Assembly: GCA_002633005.1 (NCBI GenBank)
Contig: NMRA01000033.1
Coordinates: 401,346 to 465,345 of the forward strand
Reading direction: 5' to 3'
Origin: Phoronis australis
Lineage: Eukaryota; Animalia; Phoronida
Length of the DNA stretch: 64,000 nucleotides
Part shown: positions 12,201 to 24,854 of the stretch, one piece after another
How the letters are laid out: each line of letters starts with the position of its first letter
Numbering within the stretch: position 1 is the stretch's first letter
The notes under the pieces: generated by a model
Seen by the model: only the letters and a program-made list of their open reading frames with translations
The model's database searches: none
Told to the model about the DNA's origin: nothing
Program-made: the position numbers and the translations under genes

Positions 12201-14443
12201 GTTGTTTTGAAGCATCTAATTCCCCCAAGTGCACATAATTCGTGACACTGAGTTTTGCTTCCATGTTTTTTTCGATCAGCTGATGAAAGCTTTCATCAGT
12301 AAGCCTACTGCATATAATCAAGCATTTGAATTGAAGCCTGTTAACTGTGTGTAATAATCTGACAATTTGGTGACAAAATAAATGGTGGACAAGGCAATGA
12401 ACAGCCGAGTGGCAAATTTTCAAAATGATCATCTTTATATATGTGCGTTTTTTGCGCAAACGCGATAGAGATGGTCCCTTTTCCCTTACTCCAGTTTCGC
12501 ATTTAGACATAGAGTTGACACGGAGTAAGATGATCGGGGGCAACTTGCTCTACCTCAAACGGGTGACAAAAGTTGTCACCGTGATGTCAGTTTGCTCAGT
12601 GTCAGTTCCTTTTAGACACATACTTGCACCCCATCATCTCATTACGAGTCAGCTGATCCACGTCAACTTTTGTAGTGTAAAGGGGCTTATCACTTGCTTC
12701 AACTCTACCCAAATCACAGAACCTTACAAATGGAGACTAACAACGACATAAGCCAGACACCTATAACATTGGACTTGTGCTAACAAAACATTTTCCCTAT
12801 ATTCTAATTTTCCGGTAATTCTAACAAATGAGCAGTTGAAGTGACCTTCTATAATTAATCTGAAGAGGCTTCAGCAATGTATAAAGGATTATTAATCAAT
12901 TTCCAATGTAAGATTGTCAACTCAAACTGTAGTCACTATGGTAAAATCGAACCAATTTAGGATACAACACAGCTGACAAATCAGATTTTATTTTCTTAAC
13001 TCTTACAAAAGTTACGGAGCACCATGATGCTTAAGCGTGATCAAGATCTAGTCCATAGCTATTTAGAACACAAATGAGCAAACAAGTGAAATCTATTTTA
13101 TTTTGTCAAACTTCTCACCACATTAAGATAAATAACATTTTACTCTATTACTAGCTCAGTTTGACTGTGTCAACTAGCAACATCGTTTAATTTTCCATTT
13201 TTACAGCATTGGTACAATCAGCCTTTTAAAATTTAAGAACTGGCAATTTTGGCAATTATATTTTAGCCAGTATTCTGCAGATGAGGTGAAAGTGACTTCT
13301 AAATTGAGACTATTTTTGTTTTCTTCGGTCCATAGAAACTGCGTTTCAACTCCCCCTCAACTTTCCCACTGACCTTTCTCCGCTAGTGACATGATTAAAC
13401 ACTAGATGGCATAGTTCACTATTGTGATTGTCTAACATACTGGTACCTCTAGCGACTACACCGTCTAGTCATTTAACCTTTCTCATTGCAGGGGAGTTGC
13501 ACAAGTTTAGCGAGTTAGGATTAACTTGGCGTTAACCTAACCTTCCACCACTACATCAATTTTGAGAGGACGTGATGGCTGACAGTTATGCATTCCCATT
13601 GTAGGTGGGAAAGCGACATGAAGAAATGATGGAGTGAACAGCCTTGTGTTGTGGTGAAATTTCAATCTGTCACATTTCTCAAGAAAAGTAAACTGAGAAA
13701 AATATTCTCCGGGACTAGTAGCCTAGTGTCACCACAAACACAGGATAAGAGCTTGAGAATATTGGAGGTAATGCGCAGTAAAGGCTCCTGAAAATCGAAA
13801 AAAATAATAGCCAAAATAGTCATTTTTCCTTTTTTCAGTACCTTACTGCATTGCTAACAATGAAGTAAAGTTTTCTTCCTACTTATGTCTATTGAAAACA
13901 TTTGCGTAAAATAAAAATTTCAGTGTTCCGCCATATTGTATTCTAAATTGAGGAAACTTTACCATACTCAGCCTTTGGAAAATGAAAAACAATATTTTGG
14001 TAATAATTTTCTTAAAATCAGGAATGTTTACAACATTGTTATTTACAGAATGCTAATAAAAGGACCAAAGCATTTCTCCAACTTCTTGTTTCAACTTGAT
14101 ACTGACCTTAATTCATTCAACATCTATGCTACCACAACAACACAGTAGATGAATTGCTGGCTGATGTCTCTCTAGAGTATAATTAACAAACAGTTACACA
14201 CAAGATGTAACCCACAATATTGAACATTTATGAGGGTATGAGGTGACATCTGCTTTGCCAAATGAAACCTCAGGGCAACGAAACTGCAACTCATTATGGA
14301 ACACCTGGTGACTTTATTCTTAATAAAACATTTATCAGATAATGAAAATCAGCGATAGTTAATATAGTAAATTACACAATATGGCGGACAAGTGAAATTT
14401 TAGTTTTTCATTTTTTCATAAAAGTAGTAACAAATCGATGCTA

Positions 14444-15847
14444 CCATATTCGCCCTAATAAGCGCCCAGGGCGCTGAGAAAAATTCGCTTCAGGAAGGGG
14501 AGGCGCTTATTATAGCCCAAAAGTGGTTGAGACCCAGTCTCTGAAACAGGTGAAGTCATAAGCTAGAATTCATCAACTTTACGCTCTGTGACGCATCTGT
14601 AACCTATGACAGAGTTTCTACAAAATTGCAGGGCATTGCTATCAAACTTTATTATTAAATTATGAGCATTTTTCAAAAAATTACAGTGTGAAAACTTGCC
14701 AATTGCTGCGTCACTGCCTAGCAATTGCCGATAGGTCAACTTGAATTCTTCAGTACAACACTTTCGACTAATCAAATTACCTGAAGTTCTCCGTACGTTT
14801 TCAGAAGTGGAGTCGGGATTAACTGCATATTAAGTCCAAATCTGCGCCAGATCGTACTCCGCAACATGAAAAAATCTCTGGACATTAACACACATTGTTG
14901 TCACGTGATGTTTGTTTTAAAGTTTGTCTGCGTATTGTGTGAGACAGCGAGTGCATGCGTGTCATCAGAGTTCATTTGCCAGAATAAATGCAATGTAACA
15001 ATCTAGGTGTGCATTGTAACTAAGGAAATTAACACAAGCAGTAAAGCAGAAAGTGTTTTATTTAACACATGCTGATCTAATCTGCTAAAAAACGTTCGAG
15101 AATTGTCTCTGTATGACCGATGTCATTGAGTGGACCGGTGACTGACGTGACAGTCTTACAGTTATTTTTCGGGAGATTCGGCGGGTGTATTAGGGTGCGG
15201 AAGTGTTCACTATCACTGGGTCATTTCGACTTTAAAAACACCAATTACGACTAATTTAATTATTTCCCCTTAAAAATAACGCAAAAATTTTTTACAGTAT
15301 AAGAAATTTTCGGAAATAAGAGCCAGTAATTATTTCTTGCCAATACTATGTCACAGATTCTTGAATGTAGTGCACGTTACATAGCCACATACTTTTAACT
15401 GAATAAAGGTTAAGTTCTTATTATAGTCTTCGATTCGCAGTTTTCACGTGAACAAAGAGACTTGGATTCCTGTTGAAGGAGAAGATCTGTACGGAAAGAT
15501 ACAATACAATCCCATTGACAAGTACGCTGCGTCTGTTCTGAAAGGCCAGACCATTATAGGACACGTTCCTCGCAAGATCAGCAAAACCTGCATTCTTTTT
15601 GAAATTTGACGTGTATAGTCACGGCTAAACACCGACATAGCGGCAAGACTCGTGGTCTACAATGATTTTTTCAGGACTGTTGGATCTTATTGATAAATTT
15701 AAGACATTACTGTAGAATTTTATATTAGGTAATAAGGCAATTTTCTCATGTCCACGGCGTTCATGGACTGGGCGCTTATTTTAGCCAAGTCTGAAAATGC
15801 GAGGGGGGCGCTTATAGGGGCATGGGCGCTAATTAGGGCGAATACGG
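14444..15847. mobile_element. Non-autonomous Tc2/pogo-type (Tc1/mariner) element, 1.4 kb
   Basis: TIRs CCATATTCGCCCTAATAAGCGCCC / GGGCGCTAATTAGGGCGAATACGG, TA on both sides (14442-43, 15848-49), and subterminal GGCGCTTAT repeats. Confidence 0.85.
15427..15609 (+). pseudogene. HIRAN-like domain fragment inside the Tc2-type element
   Basis: SSIRSFHVNKETWIPVEGEDLYGKIQYNPIDKYAASVLKGQTIIGHVPRKISKTCILFEI* fits the HIRAN pattern (RGfH.Y...W.P..GE.L.....NP.D..AV.V......GHVPR..S). It has no ATG and is preceded by ttcttattatAG. Confidence 0.75.
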
Positions 15848-16374
15848 TATATCACTTTTGAAGATCTGTATCATAGCAACCATTACACAAATATTACGGT
15901 ACAAGAAATTGTGAATGGAAGCTTTACAAAAATGAAAAGGCCAACTTCAGGAAGTAATGTTGCCCAAGATTGGACCTTACTGAAGGTTTAGGACAAGTTC
16001 TCACCGTAACGTGTGTATCAAAAGCAACTGAGGACAACACTGAGGATAATGTCCATATGTCTATGTCAACCTTTTCAAAAATTTTCAAAATGTATAATGG
16101 GGCAAAGTAAGGGGGGCAATGGCCATCATACACTTTTGAAATCATGTCATGAACACATCCACTAAAACAAGAAACTGTAGGAACACCACATTTATCCACC
16201 TTCACTCTTATCAGGCTTCTATTGTGAGTCAGCATGCCTGAATAATTGGCTAATAAGCCACCTCTGGAACTGGCTGAATGGATGACCAGGCCATAAAATG
16301 ATAATTAGCCAAGACCAGTTACTATAATGCAACAAAGAATCTTGCATCACCTAGCCTTGGTGGAAAGCTGTATA

Positions 16375-16910
16375 CTGTATTGGCTCAAACAAACGCTTAG
16401 AAAAATTCATTTCACGGGGAGGGGACGCTTATTGTAGGGAGCCTACGGCAGTTGAAACCCGGTTTCCCAAACGGGTAAAATCGGAAGCTAGGATTCATAA
16501 AATTTACGCTCTGTGACGTAGTTGTAGCCTATGACAGCCTTTCTACAAAATTGTGGTGCATTGCTATCAACTTCCGTTGTTAAACTACAATAATTTTTCA
16601 AAAAATTGTGCTCATCACAGGGCGAAAACTTGCCGACTGATTCGTCGCTGAATCGCCATCGTCAATAGGAAAACTTGAACTCTTGAATAAAAATATAGTT
16701 TCGACTCAACAAATTACCTGAAATCTTCCTTATGTTTCACAAGTTCATGTGGAGTCCAGATTAATTGCGATTAAGTCCAAATCTGCGCTACATCGTACCC
16801 CACAACACGAGAAAAATCTCTGGATGAACACACATGTTGTTGTCACGTGACGTTTGTTTTGAAGTTCGTCTGCGTATGAGAGTGAGTGAGCGTGCGTGTG
16901 CGGGTCATCG
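16375..16910. mobile_element. Diverged partial copy of the 14444-15847 element
   Basis: Colinear with 14475-14965 (TTTACGCTCTGTGACG, AAATTACCTGAA, TAAGTCCAAATCTGCGC, TTGTCACGTGA). Starts TA|CTGTATT. Confidence 0.8.
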
Positions 16911-18349
16911 ACGACAGACTTTTTTGTTATGCAAGAAAACGGCGTTTACTAGATTGTTTTTCACTTAAACGGCTGCAACATGCAAGGTGAGTGCTGGTTA
17001 GCTCACAAATTTTGTGTGCACAGGCCGACTGTCGTTAGCTCTGCCGTGGAGTATTAATAGTCCAAGGCTCGATCTACATGTTGGGGACGAGGTGAACTAC
17101 CCGGGCTGTGTGAAATTTCTGGGTCTAACGGAGACACTGACGCAGTGGTCAGCCAGCTTGCTGTATCAAGACTATAGTCAAAATCCAAATTCATTTTATC
17201 GTGTCCCTGTCAATAATAACGGCAGGCTAAAGCCTTCTTAATTTTCGTACTTCAGGAACATAACAATCACGTGTTTTGTACACATACGCGCACACCGCAG
17301 ATCACATCTCGGAAATTGCCGATTTGACGGATGACAATGAATGAACACAATGAAATTAACAACGTCGTTTTACAGCTTGTAAGATTCATAATAAACGTAT
17401 TTTGAATATTGCAATGCATGTGTTCCAAAATCTAAATAACTTGGGTCCTATATTTTTGTATTAGTGCGTGCCGAATGAAAGTAATCGTGAGTGTTGCTGT
17501 GTTGCAAAATCTCTTATCCTGGGCCGATTTGAAAAATTCAAAGTTGTACTCATATTTGTTTTCGCTCCTCTTTTCAAATATTACAGTAAAAACTACGTAA
17601 AACTCTCTCCATACAAAGTACAGTCTGCTAGCTAGATTGTAATCAGCTGATCATATCCGCATGAGCGAAGCCAATTATCCTCGCTCGTGACTCGATGACT
17701 AGAGCAGCTTGGCGGCATCCCTTTGATCGTTAGCCGAGTGCGACTCAGCCAAGGTGGATAAATACGGTCTAGTTCAATTTTCCATACCCCACCGTTTACC
17801 TTAACCACTGGGGTTAGGACCAATCTTATTTAGTGGGAATGTTCATAGCATGTTTTCCTAAAAATGTTGGCAAAAACATCAAGGTGGACAAAAGCGACGT
17901 TTTTGAAAACAGGCCTACCTTTAGTGAGACATGAGGTGGACTGTAATCAAGTGCATATTTTGCTTTTTTAATTGCTGATAATTACCGATGACCTGTGTCC
18001 AGTTATACTGACCATTAGCATCCTTAACGAGACCAAGAAAGCCTGCCTGAACACACATTAATTATCCTCTTATTTGCATAAAATATTTCCCAAAATTATA
18101 ATTATCTATTTTTCATTGTAAGATTACAGTAAATAATGGGAACTTCTAAAACTCTGTTTTAAGTCCACACTCTGCAAATCAAGCTTGCAATAGAATGAAA
18201 TGTTACATATTCTTTACTTTTCATGAGAAATTTAACAAGATAGTAGAATTGCACTTGTCGACCATATTGTGTGCAAACCGATAGCAACAATGCTGGTAAT
18301 GGACCATTAGTTCATAGCCTGTAATACAGATACAATGCCAAAATCTTTT

Positions 18350-19150
18350 GACCTATTCAGATTTTTTTGCATTCCCGCATTAAATACTGCTGGAACAGGC
18401 TAAAAAGACCTTGGGTGCTCTTTCATAAGCCTGAAGCTCATAAAAAGATTCTGAAAAAGTACTCATACCTAATAACAATACCCTGAAGAAGAATTGTCAT
18501 AATAGCCCTTTCTCTGAGTTGGTCACCCTGTTAACCAAAATTACATGTGGTGTCATATTTCTTGAAACTGATTTCTATCATCACTAAGAATACTCGCTGA
18601 CATTATCAGTAAACACTCTTATCAAATTCCATAAACACCCCCTCCGAGAATTATCAAAAACCAACTGGGACTGAAAATGTCTCTTGTAATCAAATAACCC
18701 TAAAACTTCAAATCCAGACAATCTCACAGCAAACAAGTCACCTACCATTGCATTAGAACTGATGAGTCTTGAAATATTCATAAAACTTACAAGAACAACA
18801 TAACAATCAACTCTACCACTAATTTTCCTAAGGCAAGAGTAAAATCATCATCCAGTTAACACAGCCTGACAACTTTTCAACATACTCTCAACTAGGGCAG
18901 AAAATAAAAAAGATCTTTCTCAGTCCGTAACTTCAATATTTAATACTGAAGATGAAAAGAATGTAACAGCCACATTGCATGTCATCCCTGTTTAAGCCTC
19001 ACACTATTAACTATTAAAGGCCAGAACTTGTCTAATGGACGAAGAATGAGGTTACATCCCTTTAATAATCGCTGATAAATAACCCTTAACCTCATACCTG
19101 GCCAAAACCAAAGCAGCTGTCTTCAACCAAGCACGCTACTTGCAGAAAAA
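18350..19150 (-). pseudogene. Possible highly decayed non-LTR reverse transcriptase remnant
   Basis: Minus-strand peptides VLARYEVKGYLSAIIKGM and VRLKQG resemble the RT region before G(V/L)KQG. It has many stops, and the spacing to a weak FTDNV motif is atypical. Confidence 0.3.
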
Positions 19151-19999
19151 CAATCGCGCCAACAGCTCAGCGAATGATGTATTCCCACCCAACAGAAGGA
19201 TGAAATTGACTGATGCTACAGTTTACACACTGGCACTGGCAAAGCCTAATATAAATAGACTTTAGAGCAATCAAATATATTACCCTGGTGTAATATGACT
19301 GATAACACTTCCGAGGTATTCCCCACCAAACAACTAATGTTGGCTCAAGTTAGATCAGAATTAAGCGCTGTTTTGCCGAGCTGGGTTGGGTAAAATTTTG
19401 GATTTCATCCGGTACACCGGTAATAAATTGTTTCTAATGACGTCAGTAACATTGTTTATGGCCGGCAGTGACAGAGGTATCTTGTGTTCTACATCCATGG
19501 TCTATTTAAGTTAATCACCGTTGAGTAAAAAAGGATCAACTTTCAGACAGGTCTCTTTCCAAGATTGTTCATCACAATGCTGTATTATAAATGCCCCTTG
19601 TGTCTGGACGTCAACTACACAGGAACCGCTTTGAATTGGTAGAACCTAGTCAGAAAAAACATGAATTGGGCAATTCTTCTGGAAATGCATACAATAATTA
19701 CAAATTTTAAAGGCATAATAGACCTGCATCCTCTGTCAAAACCGACATCTAATTTAAGTCACTTACTGTAATTAATCAAATGGGTCTCATCTTGTTCCTT
19801 ACAGGGGTTTCAGGCTAGAGAAGAGCTCCGAGGTTGTTGGTGTTTCTGACCTGAAGCACATTATGAGAGGATATAGTTTCGGTCGCAAAGGTAGTATGGC
19901 TGCCAGGGGAATATGGTAAAAATTTTCGAGTTTGAGAAGTCTCTAAAATCACAGAAATGCAAGCAGAAATTGGATTTTCTTGACTCTGGAGATTGAGAC

Positions 20000-20310
20000 A
20001 TGGTCAATTTTGGTGTTCATCGTATTTCTCAAATTTCGGACACTGCATTTTTGTATCAACAGACTCTGAAAATAGCCTTGGCACTGAGTTGACAAAATCA
20101 TCAAAAATAGCTGCCAACACAAACTTTTCACGCATCCTCAACCTGTGTCACATCAAGGTAATTGATCGTTTGTCATTTGATCGTAATTCTTGAATTTGGG
20201 ACAGTCAATGTTGCCTATTTCTAAAATTTGGCGTAAGTTCACACCATGAGTAAAAAATTAATTTTTCACGGTCCCAAAGTAGAGACTTTTTACTGAAGCC
20301 ATTTTCCATA
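20000..20310. repeat. Interspersed repeat (second copy ~33965-34170)
   Basis: Shared blocks TTTCTCAAAT..GACACTG..TATCAACA..AAAATAGCTGCCAA..TTGAATT.GGGAC..CAAT.TTGCCTATT in the same order. Confidence 0.65.
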
Positions 20311-20479
20311 TTAACTAAGGTAGTTTCATGATGAAATACACTTCAGTGTTTCACAGTTGGAATTTCAAATAATTCACAGAAAAATACCCATTATCCTAAA
20401 ATGCTCATAAATAAAAGAAACTGTGTTTCGTCCTTAAGTCAACTGGGCCCCTCTTGCACACCACAGGTGAACATCAAAA

Positions 20480-20690
20480 GTGATTTTTGGAGGGAAGGCA
20501 AGTATGTAGCAGTGTTAATCAAGAAGTATGAACTTTCATGTAAAATATTTAAGTGCTATTTGAGGGAAAAACAAGAGTACTCAGTCATTGTGCAATCAGA
20601 TATTTGTGTGGACACTCCACTTCAAAGTGAGGTAAGTTGCACTAGTGCAAATTGTCTAGGGTACTAGGCTAGATGTGTAGACAGGATTTA
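20480..20690. mobile_element. Terminal arm of the foldback Harbinger-like family B
   Basis: The reverse complement of 20595-20690 aligns with 30930-31020 (TCC.GTC.ACACAT..TTGCACTAGTGCAACTTAC..AAGTGGAG.GTCCACACAAA). Confidence 0.65.
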
Positions 20691-21049
20691 AGTCAAATTA
20701 ACTGCATGAAGTTGACCATGAAAACTAGATCCTTCACTCAGATAAGAAGTGATTTCTGAGTTTGCAAAGAACTGACAGTTTGTTATTCCTAGCAGGGACC
20801 CATTGATTTTCAGCGCATAAAATGACCAGCCATCATAGCTGCCAGCTTCTAGAGTCTGGTCTCAAGCAAGAACTAAGGGCTAAGCCTTTCAAATTTGAAG
20901 CCCTGAAATCACCTCTAATTTGACTCAAAGGAACAATTCATGGCCAATTCCTACTGTTGATCAAAATAATTTTTTACAGAAAAATATACAGTCAGGAGAC
21001 AAATACTCTGTGCCTTGGTGTAACTGTGACCTGTGTGAGCGTATCGTGA

Positions 21050-21960
21050 ATTATATGTAAAATAAAAGAGCCACTAGAGGGCACAGCACAAATCAAACCC
21101 ATCTGGGAATAAGGCAAGTGCTCAGTCATCTATTTAATTTCATGATCATCCAGCAAGGAACTTGGCAGATTATAGTGCCATGTGCAAAGAAAACCTAAAT
21201 TGTCACAGTTAAGTCAGGAGACTCTTTACAAAATCAAAGACAAAAGTACTTTCTTCAATCGGAACATATTTACAAATTTCTTTGAAGATCCATTAGCATA
21301 CTTGGTAGATACTGAGGTACAGGCAAAAATGATTTGCCATCAGGGATTATCTCAGTAGTTGGACCCATCCAAAACTGTACGTAACTTATGATCATCTCAA
21401 CAGTAAATATCTATAAAATTTCATGATCCTTCAAGTGCTTTGGCAGACTGAGAAGTGCATTGAATCCATCCGAAAATGGGAATGAGTCATCATCTCTTTA
21501 TTAGAAACCTATTTGCCAAATTTTTATGAAACTCAATCAAGGACCTTGGTAGATAACAGACAAAGAAAATCTAAATTGCCACTAGGAATGTGGTAGATAA
21601 TGCAAAGAAAACCCAACTGCCACTAGGGGATGCCACAGTAGCCAGTTTGAACAATTCAAAAATGCACATCAGCCATGCTTATCTCAATTAAGAACACACC
21701 TGTGGAATTTGGCAATGATGCTTTGAAGGGTGTAGCAGACAGAGAGGCAGATGCCAAAACAGACGCTAAAATAATGGCAAGGTGTAATCCATCAAACCCA
21801 TTTGCAAAATTTTGTGCAAATCTGACAAGGAACTTGGTAGATAATAAGAATACCATAAAAATAAAATTGCACTCGCAAAGACAGCAGCAATCGAATCCAT
21901 CAAAAAAGTTTGCTCTAACGTCCCATCAACGATAGGAACATGCCTGCAAAATTTCGCAAC
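21050..21960. repeat. Diverged tandem array related to 6280-7250
   Basis: Recurrent AAATTGCCACTAGG..AATCCATC..AAATTT..AAGGAACTTGGTAGATA blocks at irregular spacing. Confidence 0.55.
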
Positions 21961-22065
21961 ATCCAAACACCTAACCAGAGGTTTTGGAATACAGCAGCAG
22001 AGGCTAGTACCATACAGACTTTGAGCGCAGCGGTAGAGGATACTTTTAGTAAAATGTCAGACATT

Positions 22066-22690
22066 GAGTACAGAGGCAGAGGCTGACAGAATGCCTGAGA
22101 GACTTTGAGTACAGAGGTAGAGGCGGGTAGAATGCCAGACAGACTTTGAGTAAAGAGACAGAGGTTGGTAGAATGCCAAACAGACTCTTGAGTAAAGAGA
22201 CAGAGGTTGGTAGAATGCCAGACAGACTTTGAGTAAAGAGACAGAGGTTGGTAGAACAGACTTTGAGTAAAGAGACAGAGGTTGGTAGAACAGACTTTGA
22301 GTAAAGAGACAGAGGTTGGTAGAACGCCAGACAGACTTTCAGTAAAGAGACAGAGGTTGGTAGAATGCCAGACAGACTTTGAGTAAAGAGACAGAGGTTG
22401 GTAGAACAGACTTTGAGTAAAGAGACAGAGGTTGGTAGAATGCCAGACAGACTTGGAGTAAAGAGACAGAGGTTGGTAGAATGCCAGACAGACTTTGAGT
22501 AAAGAGACAAAGGTTGGTAGAATGACAGACAGACTTTCAGTAAAGAGACAGAGGTTGGTAGAATGCCAGACAGACTTTGAGTAAAGAGACAGAGGTTGGA
22601 AGAACAGACTTTGAGTAAAGAGACAGAGGTTGGTAGAATGCCATACAGATTTTGAGTATAGAGACAGAGGTTGGTAGAATGCCAGACAGA
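22066..22690. repeat. Minisatellite, ~16 units of 41 bp and 34 bp
   Basis: Unit GAGTAAAGAGACAGAGGTTGGTAGAA(TGCCAGA)CAGACTTT. Short variants start at 22231, 22265, 22381 and 22579. Confidence 0.95.
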
Positions 22691-23249
22691 TACCGAACAG
22701 AGATGTGACCACTTAAAAACCATATCTAACTAAAACATACACCAACTTCAAACTACAATTCCTTTAGACTGCAGTGGGCATTAGGCAAATCTTATACTGA
22801 CAGGATTTGCAAACAATTAAGTCAGCGAGAAAGCGTGTAGGAGTTTCAAAGTAAAAAAATTAACAGTAAGTAAGGCAAATGATAAACATGAATGCTTTTA
22901 AAATTGAAAAGTAAATAGTAGCCATCTTTGAATTGTTAAAATTGATGCATTTCAAGAGAAATTACCGAATAGGTTTTCTTCAGCATCGCAGCTAAAAGCT
23001 ACGAGCATTAATTTGTGAATAGATTAGGATGGGTTAGTCACAGTCTGGCTTAGGATCGCTTTAGCATAGGAGTTGCCTCATGAACAGTCAACCGCATAAG
23101 CAACTTAATTAACTCTACTCTGGCCAATGCCCAAGTCATCTTACTGAAAACCTCTAAATTGATCTCTATACTATTTTTATTTCACTTAAAGATGGAGCCA
23201 CTTGATCACTCCGGTAATTTATAAGCAAACTCCAGCATGGATTATCTTA

Positions 23250-24411
23250 CCTGCACACACTCGCAGGTTAACGCCCACGCCCGGGTTATCACTCACCCCC
23301 GACTTGCAATATTTCCATGTAAGCGCCCATTGTCCGGGTAATCCCTCAACCCCACTCTGCGCAAATTTCAGTTTCTTGGACTTTTGATGAAGTTATTCGT
23401 CCACTCCCAACTTACCGCTAACAGAACTTGAGCTTGAACTAAGTGCTTTTGTTCGCAGTTTTGCGTCAGGCTCGGACATCCGTGTTTGCTGGAAACACAG
23501 CATGCTTATAAAGTCTCGAAAAGTGCATTTTTAGCCGGCAATTGTGGAGTAACTTAAGCACTGCAACTACTTTTTCTTAAACTTATTAATTGCTCTTTTG
23601 TTAAATTCATATTAAGGCCAAGTCCGTAGATTTTTATAGAACTGGCACTTATCTACTACGAGATTAGTCATCATTCAGCAAAGATCTCAATCAGACTGTG
23701 AAGTTCTTTGTGCGTATAAGTTGTACCCATGGCGTGTGTGTTTGTGCTAGATTTATCTCCGAGGTCGACCCAAATTTGAATTGAGCAATTAATCACATAT
23801 CCCTCTTGATGCAATTGTACACACGGAGCACGTAATTTTGCCAGATTTATCCTGTGTCAACCCAGATTTGAATTGAGCTATTCATCACACCCCCCTCTCG
23901 TTGCAATTGCAAAGTTGTGGGACGGAAACGAATCGTCCATGTTTTAATCGAGGAAACGAAATGTAGTAATGTTCACTGATGTGAAACAGTATTAGCTGAT
24001 ATGGTAAGTGGACGGCACAGGTCAGATACAGTGGTCCCTGATCAGGTAATCACTGAATAATGGACCCGTCCGATGAAACTGGTTCTCTAAATCATCCTGG
24101 GACCACTTGTGCCAAGTGTACTACCATTCGACATTTTGCAGCACGCTAATATATTTGAAAATATCTGAGTTTTTAGCAATGGTCTTGCAAAATCACTCTT
24201 TCAAAGTCGAAATCCTGTTTCTATTTGAGCCGTGAGAAACTTTGTGGTTGCCGGGTTCCGCTGATCGACTGAACTTACAAGTTCCATGCTCGAATGAACA
24301 CCCCGAGTGCTGGCCCTCTAAGGCTAAAACTGGGAACTAAGCGGACAGTCCCCCTTGTCTCAGGGTTTTTCAATTTTTTAGCGCCCAGGGCATTAACCTG
24401 CGAGTTAACGG
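23250..24411. mobile_element. Non-autonomous Tc2/pogo-type element, ~1.16 kb
   Basis: TA|CCTGCACACACTCGCAGGTTAACGCCC ... GGGCATTAACCTGCGAGTTAACGG|TA. The ends resemble the MITE at 39585-39818. Internal ~70-bp duplication at 23749-23819 / 23841-23911. Confidence 0.7.
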
Positions 24412-24792
24412 TAACATCATCATATTATCTCCATATGTGACATAATCAAGTAATACCAGGCATCAAAACAATGCCAAGCGACCATTTCTGTTTTTTATAA
24501 CATCTTCTGCTTCCCCTTAATTGCCCAACTATTTTTGAGGCGATCAAGAAATGTTGTCGATTTCCATGACATGTTGTCCAGCTATAGTTCCAGGTGGACG
24601 AGACAGTCTGGCCATTTGGTGACTGCACAACATGCGACAAAGTAGACTGCCAATCTCCTACAAAGGCCAATAAATCAGTTTCCTGGAAACAATTATAACA
24701 GACACCATTGGAGCCCCTCCCCCCCCCCCCGTCGCACCCACTCGCACCCGCCATCCCACATCCCTCCACCGTTGTCAGTTCTTGACACTTAC

Positions 24793-24854
24793 CAACATGT
24801 TAAACTGCATGCAATGCTGTTTCAGCACAGGCCTAACATTACCATGAAAAGACT
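24793..24854 (-). other. Candidate 62-nt internal exon
   Basis: Acceptor ctgttttctctctcAG and donor TTG|GTAAGTG. Only one frame is open (phase 1 to 0, SFHGNVRPVLKQHCMQFNML). Confidence 0.4.

Noticed and set aside
22066-22690. CRISPR-like array
   Set aside because: The units are contiguous with no unique spacers, there are no cas genes, and the context is eukaryotic.
21915-22723. 265-aa and 225-aa ORFs
   Set aside because: They are by-products of the 41/34-bp minisatellite. Unit lengths are not multiples of three and the peptides cycle through frames.
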